Below are positions 35,023 to 46,844 of a stretch of 64,000 nucleotides of DNA, piece after piece. The DNA is from the human T2T-CHM13v2.0 reference genome, Homo sapiens. Location: the NCBI RefSeq assembly GCF_009914755.1, contig NC_060927.1. One strand, 5' to 3'. The notes under the pieces were generated by a model. The model made no database searches. It saw only the letters and a program-made list of their open reading frames with translations, and was not told the origin of the DNA. The position numbers and the translations under genes are program-made. Numbering within the stretch: the stretch's first letter is position 1; every line of letters starts with the position of its first letter.

Positions 35023-35989
35023 TTTCATGTGCATCTGTGTGAAGAGACCACCCAACAGGCTTTGTGTGAGCAACAAAGCTTTTAATCACCCGGGTGCAGG
35101 CGGGCCGAGTCCAAAAAGAGTCAGCAAAGGGAGATAAGGGTGGGGCCATTTTACAGGATTTGGGTAGATAAAGGAAAATTACAGTCAAAGGGGGGTTCTC
35201 TGGCGGGCAGAGTGGGGGTCACAAGGTGCTCAGTAGGGGAGCTTTTGAGCCAGGATCAGCCCAGGAGAAGGAATTTCACAAGACAATGTCATCCATCAGT
35301 TAAGGCAGGAACAGGCCATTTTCACTTCTTTTGTGGTGGAATGTCATCAGTTAAGGCAGGAAGTGGCCATCTGGATTTGTACGTGCAGGTCACAGGGGAT
35401 ATGAAGGCTTAGCTTGGGCTCAGAGGCCTGACATTCCTGTCTTCTTATATTAATAAGAAAAATAAAATGAAAGTGGTAAAGTGTTGGGACATTGAAAATT
35501 TTTGGGGGTGGTATGGAGAGATAATGGGCGATGTTTCTCAGGGCTGCTTCGAGCGGGATTAGGGGTGGTATGGGAACCTAGAGTGGGAGAGATTAAGCTG
35601 AAGGAAGATTTTGTGGTAAGGGGTGATATTGTGGGGTTGTTAGAAGAAACATTTGTCATGTAGATACGGTTTTGTATGAATTGAAAAACTAAATGGAATA
35701 AGAGAAGGAGAAAAACAGGTATAAAAGGTCTAAGAATTGGGAGGACCTAGGGCATCTGATTAGAGAGTGCCTAAGGAGATTCAGCATAGTCCTGCCAGCA
35801 AAGATTATTTATTTACTTCAAGAGTTTAGAGTAGCAATTTGGGGATAGCACCAGGAGATATCAGCTGTGATGGCTTGGAGAAACAGTGTAAACTGGCAGT
35901 GTAAACAAGAGCAGGGCATGTATGAGTAGTTGAGAACGGTGAATAGGAGTATGACTAGATAGAAGAGAGTAGGGATGACAAGTTTTTTG

Positions 35990-38170
35990 GGGGCACACTC
36001 TAAGTTGGTCTGGTGTCTGGAATGAGACTGGGACCTAATAAAAAGGAGCGTCTATACAGGAGCTCAAATGGGCTGTACCTTGTAGCATTCTGAGGACAGG
36101 TCTGACTTCTGAGAAGGGAAAGTGGTAAAAGTATTGTCCAGTCCATTTTAATTTGGTGGCTGAGCTTGGTCAGGTGTGTTTTCAAAAGACCTTTAGTCCG
36201 TTCTACCTTTCCTGAAGACTGAGGACTGTAAGGGATATAAAGGTTTCACTGAATACTAAGCCTGAAAAACTGCTTGGCTGATTTGACTAATAAAGGCTGG
36301 TCTGTTATCAGACTGTATAGAGGTGGGAAGGCTAAACTGAGGAATTATGTCTGACAGAGGGAAGAAATGACTGCGGTAGCCTTCCCAGACCCTGTAGGAA
36401 AGGCCTCTACCTATCCAGTGAAAGTGTCTACCTAGACTAAGGGGTATTTTAGTTACCTGACTCGGGGCATGTTGAGTAAAGCTAATTTGCCAGTCCTGGG
36501 TGGGGGCAAATCCTCGAGCTTAATGTGTAGGGAAGGGAGGGGGCCTGAATAATCCTTGAGGAGTAGTAGAATAGCAGATGGAACACTGAGAAGGTATTTC
36601 CTTGAGGATAGAGTTCCACGATGGAAAGGAAATGAGAGGTTCTAAGATGCAGGCTAGTGGCTTGTACTATAGCATAGCCTGCCTTTGCTGGTGTGTGATG
36701 ATTAGGCCTGGTGGAACTGCCATCAATAAATCAAACGTGATCAGGGTGAGGAACAGGAAAGAAGGAAATATAGGGAAATGGGGTGAATGTCAGGTGGATC
36801 AGAGAGATACAGTCATGGGGGTCAGGTGTGGTATCAGGAATAATGTGGGAGGCCAGATTGAAGTCCGGGCCAGGAACAATGGTAATTGTGAGACTTAACA
36901 AAGAGTGAGTACAGCTGAAGGAGCCAGGGAGCAGAAAGTATATGCATCAGGTATGAGGAACAAAATAGATTTTGGAAGTTATGAGAAATGTAGTGAGTGA
37001 GTTGAGCATAGTTTGTGATTTTTAGGGCCTCTAAAAGATTAAAGCAGTGGCAGCCGCTGCACACAGACATGAGGACTAGGCTAAAACAGTAAGGTCAAGT
37101 TGTTTGGACAGAAAGGCTACAGGGTGCAGTCCTGGTTCTTGTGTAAGAATTCTGACAACACTAACCATGCCTAGGAAGGAAAGGAGTTGTTGTTTTGTAA
37201 GGGATTGAGGTTTGGGAGATTAATCAGACATGATCAGCAGGGAGAGCACGTGTGTTTTTATGAGAATTATGCTGAGATAGGTAACAGATGAGGATGAAAT
37301 TTGGGCTTGACTGAAGTAATGGGGACTGTCTGTGAAGCCTTGCAGCAGTACAGCCCAGGTAATTTACTGAGCCTAATGGGTGTCAGGGTCAGTCTAAGTG
37401 AAAGAAAGGAGAGGCTAGGATGAAGGGTGAAAAGGAATAATAAAGACAGCATGTTTGAGATCTAGAACAGAATAATGGGTTGTAGAGGGAGGTATTGAGG
37501 ATAGGAGAGTATATGGGTTTGGCACCATGGGGTGGATAGGCAAAACAATTTGGTTGATAAGGTGCAGATTCTGAACTAACCTGTAAGCCTTGTCTGGTTT
37601 TAGGACAAGTAAAATGGGGGAATGGTAAGAAGAGTTTATAGGGTTTAAAAGGCCATGTTGTAACAGGCGAGTGATAACCGGCTTTAATCCTTTCAAAGCA
37701 TGCTGTGGGATGGGATATTGGCATTGAGTTGGGTAAGAGTGATTAGGTTTTAATGGGATGGTAAGGGGTGCATGATCGGTCGCTAAGGAGGGAGTAGAGG
37801 TGTCTTATACTTGTGGGTTAAGGTGGGGAGATAAAAGGGGAGGCTGTGAAGGAGGCTTTGAACTGGGGGAAAAGGTGGCAATGAGGTGTGGCTATAGCCC
37901 AGGAATAGTCAGGGAAGCAGACAATTTAGTTAAAGTGTCTCAGCCTAATAAGGGAACTGGGCAGGTGGGGATAACTAAAAAGGAGTGCTTAAAAGAGTAT
38001 TGTCTAAGTTGGCACCAGAGTTGGGGAGTTTTAAGAGGTTTAGAAGCCTGGCCATCAACACGCACAATAGTTATGGAAGCAAGGGAAACAGGCCCTTGAA
38101 AATAAGGTAATGTGGAGTGAGTAGCCTCCATATTGATTAAGAAGGGGACGGATTTACCTTCCACTGTGAG
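35990..38170 (-). pseudogene. pol: HERV-H pro-pol remnants
   Basis: Protease FLINMEATHS...PVPLLG (37940-38164), RT N-terminus YRLVQNL...PNPYTLL...SVLDLKHA (37415-37696), integrase C-terminus YSPFELLY (36000-36185). Confidence 0.9.
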
Positions 38171-38299
38171 AGCATCTGTGATGGTCCTGTAGGCTTCTGA
38201 GGTGATCAGGCAGTGTCAGTCTTCAGCTGCTAAGCCGAGAAGATCTGGGAAGGAGTCAGTCAGAGAGCCTTGGGCCAGAGTTCCAGGGGCTCTGGAAGT

Positions 38300-39400
38300 G
38301 GCTGCCAGGTGAGTTGAACAGTCTAATTTTCAGTGGGGTCCTGCACAGATGGGACACGGCTTAGGAGGAGTCCTGGGCTGTGGGCATTCCTTGGCTTAGT
38401 GGGCAGATTTCCAGCACTTGTAGCAAGCTCCTGGGGGAGGAGGTTCTGGAGGAACCCCTGGCAGCTTGCATTTCAGGTATTTGCAGTTCTTGTGTACTAG
38501 AGATGTGGCTGGGGTTTGTCTCACAGTGGAGGCAAAGAATTGCAACTCAGAAATATGTTGCTACTTGGCTGCCTCTACTCTATTATTGTACACCTTGAAG
38601 GTGAGGCTAATTAAGTCCTGTTGTGGGATTTGAGGGCTGGAATTTAATTTTTGGAGTTTTATTTAATGTCAGGAGCAGATTGGGTAATAAAATGTATATT
38701 GAGAATAAGACTGCCTTTTGACTTTTTGGGGTCTAGGGCTGTAAAGCGTCTCAGGGTTGCTGCTGAACAAGCCATGAACTGGGCTGGGTTTTTCATATTT
38801 GATGAAAGAGTCTAAATGCTCACTGATTTGGGAGAGGTCTGATAAAGAAAAAGGAGCATTAACCTTGACTATGCCTTTAACTTCAGCCACCTTTTTAAGA
38901 GGAAATTGCTGGGCAGGTGGGGGAGGGCTACTCACAGAATGAAACTGTAAACCAGATGGGTGTGAGGAAGGGAGGTGATAAAAAGATTATAGGGTGGAGT
39001 AGTGGAGGCTGAGGAAGAATTGGGACCTAGCTCGGCCTGGTGAGGAGTGGCCTGGGGAGGAGGGGAGAGGTCAGATGGGTCTGTAGAAAAGGAAGATTAG
39101 AAAGACTCAGCACCACTTGGGGGTTGGGACTGAGGGGACAGGCAGGAAGGAAAGAAGGAAGATTTGGGATGAGTTGCACTGGGCACAGAGACTAGGGAGG
39201 GACCGATGTGTAAAAGAATGCCTAGAGGTCAGGCATCTCAGACCATTTGCCTATTTTATGACAAGAATTATTTAGATCTTCCAGGATGGAAAAATTGAAA
39301 GTGCCGTTTTCTGGTTATTTGGAACCACTTTCGAGTTTGTATTGGGGTCAAGCAGCATTGCAGAAGAAAATAAGGCATTTAGGTTTTAGGTCAGGTGTGA
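38300..39400 (-). pseudogene. gag: HERV-H gag remnant with two CCHC knuckles
   Basis: QFPLKKVA...VNAPFSLSDLSQI (38669-38935); manual translation CYKCWKSAH*AKEC and CPICAGPH*KLDC near 38320-38430. Confidence 0.8.
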
Positions 39401-39559
39401 GTTGAAGAGGTTTTAAGGTCTTGATAGCACAGGCTAAGGGAGATGGAGGAATGGAGGGTGGAAGTTTGCCTATAGTGAAGGAGGTAAGCCCAGAGAAAAG
39501 AGAGAGTAGAGACATGGAGGGAAGGGGTTCAGGGGTTCTTACCCTCCAGAAAAGTGGGA

Positions 39560-39677
39560 AAGGGGTTGGGGAGCAGAAATAAGGGGTTGAGGCACAGAGA
39601 TAAGAGGTCGGGGCATGGAAATAAGGGATTGGGGTGCAGAGATAAGAGGTCGGGGTGCAGAAATAAGGGATTGGGGA
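39560..39677. repeat. 21-bp tandem repeat (about 5 units) in the HERV-H leader
   Basis: ggggtgcagagataagaggtc / ggggtgcagaaataagggatt units. Confidence 0.9.
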
Positions 39678-40262
39678 TTCTTGACCACTAGAAAAGCGGG
39701 ACTTGCCGCTAAGGATGAAGGAGAAGGGGTTGATGGGGTTTTGCCCCTCTCCCAGAAAAGCAGAGAAGGGGTAGAGACACAGAGAGAAGGGGTTGGGATA
39801 CTTGCCCCTCCTCCAGAAAAGCAGGACTTGCCGCTAAGGGTGAAGGACCAAGGCAGGTATCTCTGCGTGGTCTGACACCTCTGAAACGTGGGTGAATAAT
39901 CAGAGAGGCATCCCTGCAATGATTAAACAGCAAGGGAAGGCTGCATTCCCAGTCCATGACCAGCGCCGGAGTTTTGGTCCACGGATAAAACGTATCTCCT
40001 TTGTCTCTATCAGAAAATGAAAGGAATTGAAATTAAGAGAAGGGAGAGACTGAAGTGTGGCATCAAGATTGAAAGGAGAAAGAGGTTGAGAGATAGTGAG
40101 GGAGGTTGGAGAAGAGAGTAAAAGGAGGCCGCTTACAGGATTTGAAATTGGTGAGATGCTTTTTGGGCTGGTCGGTCTGAGGACCTGAGGTCATAGGTGG
40201 ATCTTTCTCATGGAGCAAAGAAGAGGAGGACAGGGAATTGATCTCCCAAGGGAGGTCCCGCG

Positions 40263-40280
40263 ATCCGAGTCATGGCACCA
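40263..40280 (-). promoter_or_regulatory. Primer binding site, tRNA-His
   Basis: TGGTGCCATGACTCGGAT vs TGGTGCCGTGACTCGGAT (17/18, CpG transition). Confidence 0.95.
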
Positions 40281-40282
40281 AA

Positions 40283-40693
40283 TTTCATGCGCGCCCATGT
40301 GAAGAGACCACCAAACAGGCTTTGTGTGAGCAATAAAGCTTTTAATCACCTGGGTGCAGGCAGGATGAGTCCAAAAAGAGAGTCAGTGAAGGGAGGTAAG
40401 GGTGGGGCCATTTTATAGGATTTGGGTAGATAAAGAAAAATTACAGTCAAAGGGGGGTTGTTCTCTGGCGGGCAGAGTGGGGGTCACAAGGTGCTCAGTA
40501 GGGGAGCTTTTGAGCCAGGATGAGCCAGGAGAAGGAATTTCACAAGACAATGTCATCAGTTAAGACAGGAACAGGCCATTTTCACTTCTTTTGTGGTGGA
40601 ATGTCATCAGTTAAGGCAGGAACCGGCCATCTGGATGTGCACGTGCAAGTCACAGGAGATATGAAGGCTTAGCTTGGGCTCAGAGGCCTGACA
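40283..40693 (-). promoter_or_regulatory. HERV-H 5' LTR7 promoter
   Basis: TATAAAA at 40411-40417 (mutated to TGTAAAA in the 3' LTR), GC/GT box CCCCACCC, ACAAAAGAAG at 40585-40594. Confidence 0.8.
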
Positions 40694-40996
40694 GTATGTA
40701 CATAAACATGTATTTTTTAATTAAGCTGACATTTAACTATTGAGCTCTTAAAAAATTCTTTTAAATCTCATTAATATTTTGTAGCTGGTACAAACTGCTG
40801 CTGTTTCAAAAGTAATGCAAATATCAAGCAGAAAGGATTTGGCTTAGGATCCAAACCCAGGCTGCCATGGTGAAAAAAGGGCAGAATCTTAGCTACTGAA
40901 TTATAGGATGGGCAACTGCCATTACTCTGTCAGTTTGGCTTGGCTAGCAGAAGGTGGCCTTGTTATTTAAATAAAGTCCCTCAGGTAATCAAAATT

Positions 40997-41000
<4 letters not shown>

Positions 41001-41030
<30 letters not shown>
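41001..41030. repeat. (TC)15 microsatellite
   Basis: Directly visible. Confidence 0.97.
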
Positions 41031-41034
<4 letters not shown>

Positions 41035-41688
41035 CAAGAATTTAGCCAATTGAGAGGCCTTGTTGCCCATAATTTGGAACTTTCCTTCAGATTTGATCAA
41101 GTCAGGTAGAATTGATCAAACTCAATGAACAAAAGACAGAAACAACAAAAACAACCAGCAAAACAGAAACAAACAAAAAAAGTTGAGCAAAACAAACAAT
41201 TGCACAATTTATACAATTACTGTGTGCTCTAATTGTAAGTAGAAATTAAGACCAGCTAGTTGTTAATCTTAACTTTTAATCATTAAAGATAATTTCCAAG
41301 AATAAACCCCAATTCAGCTACTTACCTAGGAATGGGGCCCAGGCTGAAGACTGCTCTGCACCATCTTAGAAGCAGGAAAAAACTCAAACTTGCCTTCCCT
41401 GTTGGAAGTGAGCTGAAACTACAAGGAGTTGCCTGCTCTCTCTCCAACATTGCAGAAGCAGGAAACCTCACCTTCCTTGTTGGAAGTGACCAAAACTCCA
41501 GAAAAGGAATTGAACAGGAAAATAAAACTTAGATGTCAAATGAACTTGGGGAGATCATGGATTCTCTGGAGGCAGGAGCTCCCAGGCCTCAGAAAATTGT
41601 TGTATTGGTTTGAGCAATCAAGATAACTCAAAGTGGTGTCAAGCACTGATACAAGATTTGTCAAAGGTCAGGGCTACCTCCACTCAGA

Positions 41689-41706
41689 GTCCCTTTGTGG
41701 TCACCA
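41689..41706 (-). promoter_or_regulatory. Primer binding site, tRNA-Arg(UCG)-like, of the MER4 provirus
   Basis: TGGTGACCACAAAGGGAC vs recalled TGGCGACCACGAAGGGAC (16/18, both differences CpG transitions). Confidence 0.8.
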
Positions 41707-41709
41707 ATT

Positions 41710-42140
41710 TATAAACCAGAAAGTGTCTGAGACAGGTATCAATCAATTTAGTTTATTTTGCCATGGGTAAGGATGTGCCTTGGAGACAGATCTGTGCCTT
41801 TATCCAAAGATAATTTTGAGGGCTTCAATATTTAAAGGAAAGGAGCATGCAGAAGGGGACAAAGGGAGGGTGTGGTCACATTACTGAATTCACATACTGT
41901 AAGAGAAAAGGAACAGGTAGGGGAATAGTCAATTATATATCCATCTTGTACTCAGTAAATCAGCATTTTACATAAGATGATGAACATAGAGTAGCTACCT
42001 GTGAAGACATTTAATCCCTTATCTATAGGTATCTTCCTAGGAACAGAAGGAAAGGCAGTTTATTGCAAAACTCAGCTTTAAGCCTTATTTTCATTTTGGC
42101 ATAGTCAAATGGAATCTCGAGTTTTAATTTTCTTTTTACA
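41710..42140 (-). mobile_element. MER4-family 5' LTR
   Basis: Minus strand starts TGTAAAAAGAAAATTAAAAC, is followed by the PBS and is homologous to 19541-19883. Confidence 0.88.
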
Positions 42141-42209
42141 GAAGAAAAAACAATATCAATGATTATACTTTTGCAGTAATGTAACTATTGGCAATGATTG
42201 AGTCAAATA

Positions 42210-42620
42210 TATAGCCTCACATGTTGATGGGGTATAAATTGCTATAACCACTGTGAAACACAATTAACCAATGTGTCTTAGATTTTTACAAAACATTTAC
42301 TCATAACATTTAATCCACAAATCCATTTTTTAGGAATCACCCTTAAGAAAATAATTACAGAGGTGGACCCATATCTGTGTAAGATGTTCATTAGTAATTT
42401 TTGCCACAGTAAAATGTAAGAAACTATTAAAATGTCTATAAAAGCTAATGGTTAAGAAATGATATGTTAACTTTATGATGAAACACTTTGTAGTAGTAGA
42501 AGCTCTTTATTTTTTAAGAACATTCACTTACATAAAAGGATATTCATAATATAATATTAAACAATGTCTGCATATAATACTATTATATTTTGTTAAAATA
42601 GCATTAGAAAACTGGAAGTC
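42210..42620 (+). mobile_element. Old L1ME-like 3' fragment
   Basis: gatggggtataaattgctataaccactgtgaaa and aaatccattttttaggaat motifs. Confidence 0.5.
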
Positions 42621-42689
42621 AGTACTCTGAAAACTGAGTAATTATTTTGTTTTTTCATATTTTTCAAACTTTACCTTACTTCACTCATC

Positions 42690-43090
42690 AGAGATTGCTA
42701 GTTCTGACCTATACCATTCTCCGTTCTTTATAAGTACTGTAGAATTTCTGTACTTCAGTGTTACAGAGTCTTCCATCAAGAGACAACATTTCCCAGCCTT
42801 AGTGTAATCAATTGGTCCTAGATTCTGACCAATAGGCATTAGAAGATGTTTTCCATTGGAAATGCATATATACTCACTACCTATTTTCCCTCACAGCTGA
42901 CTGGAAGTGAAGAGCTCTAGAGACACTACCTTAGATTTAGGAAAACTTATATTGATGATGTGAAGCCATCCTATTTCCTGAATCACTTGTTTCTGAACTT
43001 TTTAATGAGAAAGAAATAAATGTCTTCCTTGTTAAAGCCTCTACATTTGGACTTTCTATTGTAGCCTATGCCATGTACCATAACTAATAT
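42690..43090 (+). mobile_element. Old ERVL-type LTR (LTR16-like)
   Basis: acatttcccagcct, ttctgaccaatagg, gagaaagaaataaatgtcttccttgttaaagcc, ending taactaata. Confidence 0.45.
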
Positions 43091-43327
43091 GTTTTATAAA
43101 GAATATTTTATTACAATATTTTTATAATAAAAGAAATCAAATGGGTTAAAAAAACAGTTTTATTATATAAAATGCATTACAGTATTTAAAAGTCATGAGC
43201 TATCTCTAACAGACCGCCTAGCCTCTTCATGCGCTGATTATAAAATTTGGAAAGTATTCTTCATATGAAGCACACGCACAGACAAAAGTTTAGGAACATG
43301 GCAGTGGGACACAATTCTTTATCTGCT

Positions 43328-43538
43328 GCAAAGTTTTTCCATTTGACCACTACTGACCTTTTAAAATAGAAATTCTTTCTTGTGAGGGATTGTCCTTTGC
43401 ATTGCAGGATGTTTAGTGACATTGTTGTCTCTACTCTAGATATCAGTAGCATTCACCCAGTTGTGACAACAAAAAATGTCTTCAGGTACAGCCAAATATC
43501 CAATGGGAAGCAAAATCACCCCCTATTTAGAGCCACTG
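43328..43538 (-). mobile_element. MER20 (hAT-Charlie)
   Basis: cccagttgtgacaacaaaaaatgtct...gcaaaatcacccc...agccactg. Confidence 0.88.
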
Positions 43539-43638
43539 ATCTACAGTAAACTTTTACCATGATGAGGAAAAGAGTCATATAATGAAGTCATTGAGATCAG
43601 TACTATAAGAGCATTATTAATAGTAAGTGCCTTGGGTA

Positions 43639-44141
43639 AGACAAAGTTCAGCTCTTTGACCAAACTTCAGTCAGTTTTCTTTGTATCCTCTGATCATGTA
43701 GGTCTTGACCTATGGACTTCCATGTTTATCTTTGCATCCCTCTGTTTTAGCAAAAAAACAATTTAGTTGGTTTAGCCAGGATCCCACCCTCAATACCTGA
43801 TCACTCCCCATGTCTAATCAAATTTCTCATACCTCATCATCAACAAGATGATATCTCATCATCCTTGCCTACCTTCAGCAAAAATCCTGTTAAGTCAACT
43901 TAGCCAGGAACCACCTTTTACCCTTGAAGTTTCTCTCAGTAATTTTCCATCCACTATTTGACCCCCTCCAACTGTGTTTCTGGGCTATGAATCACTTTTT
44001 CATGTGGTATTCAGAATTGAGCTAGATCTATACTGATGTCTCTTTTCTTTTATTGCAGTAGTTTTTGAGGTTTATTGGTTTTTTGTTTTTTGTTTTGTTT
44101 GTTTCCACTTAACTACTGTTCAGGTCAGATTTTTTTTGGCA
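43639..44141 (+). mobile_element. MER31/MER67-like solo LTR
   Basis: gacaaag...ttgaccaaacttcagtcag start, repeated ttagccagga units, cagtaattttccatccac; flanks ggta / ggtc. Confidence 0.7.
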
Positions 44142-45079
44142 GGTCCACAGAGAGCTTATATGTGTTGGAAGAAATAAAAAAATTCTGTCAACTAGAGATT
44201 CCAGGGCATTTGAGTTATGACTCAAAAGACAGTGGAATTTGGGATATGTATAATTAGTTCAATTCCAGATGCACTGTGTTTTAAATTCCTGAACATATTT
44301 TCCTACTCTTAACTTCTTGAATCATTTGTTAAATTCCTACTGTATGCCACACTTTCAGGTAGCCATCCCCTGAAGGAGAGAAATGGACCTCACTCTAGCC
44401 CAGTAGGTCCTGTGATGTCCTATGCAATTCTTTTTAATTTTGAAAAGAGAGGGACCAAAGGTCACAGGGCACTTTTACTTTATCATTTGTAGAGTATAAA
44501 TGTCAGCAATGAGGGAAAAAAGTGTCTCTCTACGTTTGATAATGCCTCCTATCTGTCTTCCTTTAATGTGGATGTAGAGTACGTAATGAACTTCCATCAA
44601 TAAAGCTCTATTTTTATGACAGTTCAGATTTACTGTTGTAGGCTCATATTACCAAAGATGATGTTAAGTATTAAAAAAGAAAAGAAAACTGTTCAGACTG
44701 TGGCACCATTTTCTCTAAGGAAGAAAATAGTTTAATCATTAACAATATTTATATTAATTAGCCTGTAATAGTCATCCTTTTAACCAATATTTTTATAAAT
44801 ATGAGTTTGAACTACTTAGTTTATATTGTTTTGTGCTCATAATTCATAGTGAAGAAATAGCATATGTCACTATTTTTTAAAATTGAATATTTTCTTATTT
44901 ATTAAAATAATTCAGTTCAAAGTAAAATTGAAATTCTCAGTGCTAAGAAATATTTTTAAATAGTGTGGTTCAATTAAAATAAAAGGGTAAAAAGAACCAA
45001 TGACAAATATTCATTTTGTTTTCATACCTAGTATGAAGAAACTCTTTCTTTTATTAGAGTAAGAATAAAATTTTAAGAT

Positions 45080-45205
45080 ATACTTTAATTAAAATATATA
45101 ATTTTATATAAAACTATATTATATATTGTATATAAACATATTATTATATATTAACATATTATATATTAATATGTTTATTATATATTAACATAATATATAA
45201 TAAAG
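45080..45205. repeat. AT-rich low-complexity tract with a 13-bp perfect inverted repeat (45174-45204)
   Basis: tttattatatatt-aacat-aatatataataaa. Confidence 0.85.
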
Positions 45206-46844
45206 TTACATCTGTCAAGCTTAACAGGCAGAAATTTAAATGCAAAAATATACCACATAGGTGATATTGTAAGAATGACACTTTAATCTGAAGTCAATTG
45301 TTAGACTATGATTTAAGCATAGTGTTATATGTATGTAATCCAAGATACAACTAGATTTGCATTGACACATGAGTTTTAGTCATATCAATATTTAGGTCAT
45401 AATTCCCAGAAGATGACTGGTTAACATGAAAAATTCTCAAAAGTCTTTAGTGTTCTCCCAAGGGTTAGTAAACCTTTTCCTGAATGTGACATTTTGAACA
45501 AGAGTAAATTGTTCATTTCTGTGGACATTTTCTGTTGTGATAAAGATTTCCAAGTAAGTGGAGCCCTTCAATTGAGCAAGCATTCACTTTACTGGAGATA
45601 CTTTCATATACTGTTGTGTACTTTGTGATTCCTAAAAGGTGTATGGTTATTCCAATGCTCACTCATATTTGGTGTTAACCTCACAGACCAACTTTTGTTT
45701 CAGAGGCAGATTTAAAATATACTTTTAATTTACTTTAACATCAAATTTATAGTGTAGTAATGAGCCACATACAAAAAGAATATGATGATACAGTTTCTAG
45801 CCTATATCATTTCCTTTTACTGTATTTATTTGTTTATTTTCCACTGGTAAGCTATAATAGTATCATCAAATAAACTCAAACAATAACCTAGATACAGACA
45901 TTGTGTTCTCTAAATAAACCAAAGTCACCCTAATAAATCAATCAAAACTCCCAAGCTGTTTTTGTATGGAGCCACTAAAGCAAAGTTCTTTGTAGCAAAC
46001 AAAATTGCCAGAGGCTTTTGGCTAATAACTGTTAAATACTTAATGACTCTTAAAAGCCTGAGTCTCCAGCTTTGGTTTATTCTTAAGTATTGAAAGCTTT
46101 GTCTGACCTTGAATCCACATCCTTAATAGCCTCAGAAATGATTGTTTTGTCCTCCTTCAGATAGCATTTTCAAAACATATAAATACATGATGTCACAATT
46201 AAGAATTTAAGAAATATAACCTCAGCATCTTACCACAAATGTTTTCTTTTAATAATAAAACCAAATCTATCTGCATGTGTCATCTTAGGTTTGAATGGTG
46301 ACTTGATAATAGATAATGGGCACTTACCAAAATGCATAATCTTGTAAGAAGACCTCAAAAATAAAAATACTACAGAGTACTTTTCTTATTTTTTCAAAGA
46401 AAGAGTATGCTCATTAAATTATTTTTAAAGAATTTATATAATTATTTACTCATACCTAATTTCAATGATATAATTAAATAAATGTAATTTGGCAGTATTA
46501 TATTGTTTTTAAGCTTAAGTGTCATTCTATACATTTACTCTTCAGTTAATTTTCAGTCACCTTTTCATTTTATAGAGAAAAATTACCATAAATACTCAAT
46601 CTGCTTTCTGAGATGTGATTTTACATTTCATGCAGGATGAGCTGCAGGAGGTTTAAAGTGAAACACAAAATCCATTCCCACAGTATCTCACACAATCTGA
46701 ATTAGAGACCTTTAACAAACCTCTCCTAGAAGATCCAGACATCTGTGGGATTGCTTCAAACATCTGTTCTAATAACAAAATTATTTTTTATTTTTGAAAC
46801 AAGAAAATAAAAGCCTCATCATATGTATATTGGAAATTAAACCT

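Larger units (their letters stand above)
35023..40693 (-). mobile_element. HERV-H provirus, common deleted (RTVL-H2-like) form, 5671 bp, LTR7-family LTRs
   Basis: 411-bp LTRs at 35023-35433 and 40283-40693 starting TGTCAGGCCTCTGAGCCCAAG. TSD ttatg / gtatg. His PBS, PPT AAGAAGACAGGAA, gag/pro/pol remnants, env almost fully deleted. Confidence 0.97.
19541..42140 (-). mobile_element. MER4-group (ERV1) provirus hosting nested insertions
   Basis: Homologous LTRs at 19541-~19883 (truncated) and 41710-42140. 4-bp TSD gaag at 19537-19540 and 42141-42144. MER4-int-like sequence lies between the nested elements. Confidence 0.85.

Noticed and set aside
38320-38430. APOBEC hypermutation of HERV-H (two Trp codons read TAA and TGA in the zinc knuckles)
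   Set aside because: Too few sites, and similar changes may be shared across the deleted HERV-H lineage; cannot be supported without a consensus alignment.
39560-39860. Repeat-spacer-like pattern suggesting a CRISPR array (also LTR12 repeats at 3700-4170)
   Set aside because: No unique spacers and no cas genes; these are standard HERV-H leader and ERV9 LTR repeats in primate DNA.
45174-45204. Hairpin as miRNA, terminator or translocation-type palindrome
   Set aside because: Pure AT 13-bp stem in low-complexity DNA; expected by chance and far too short.
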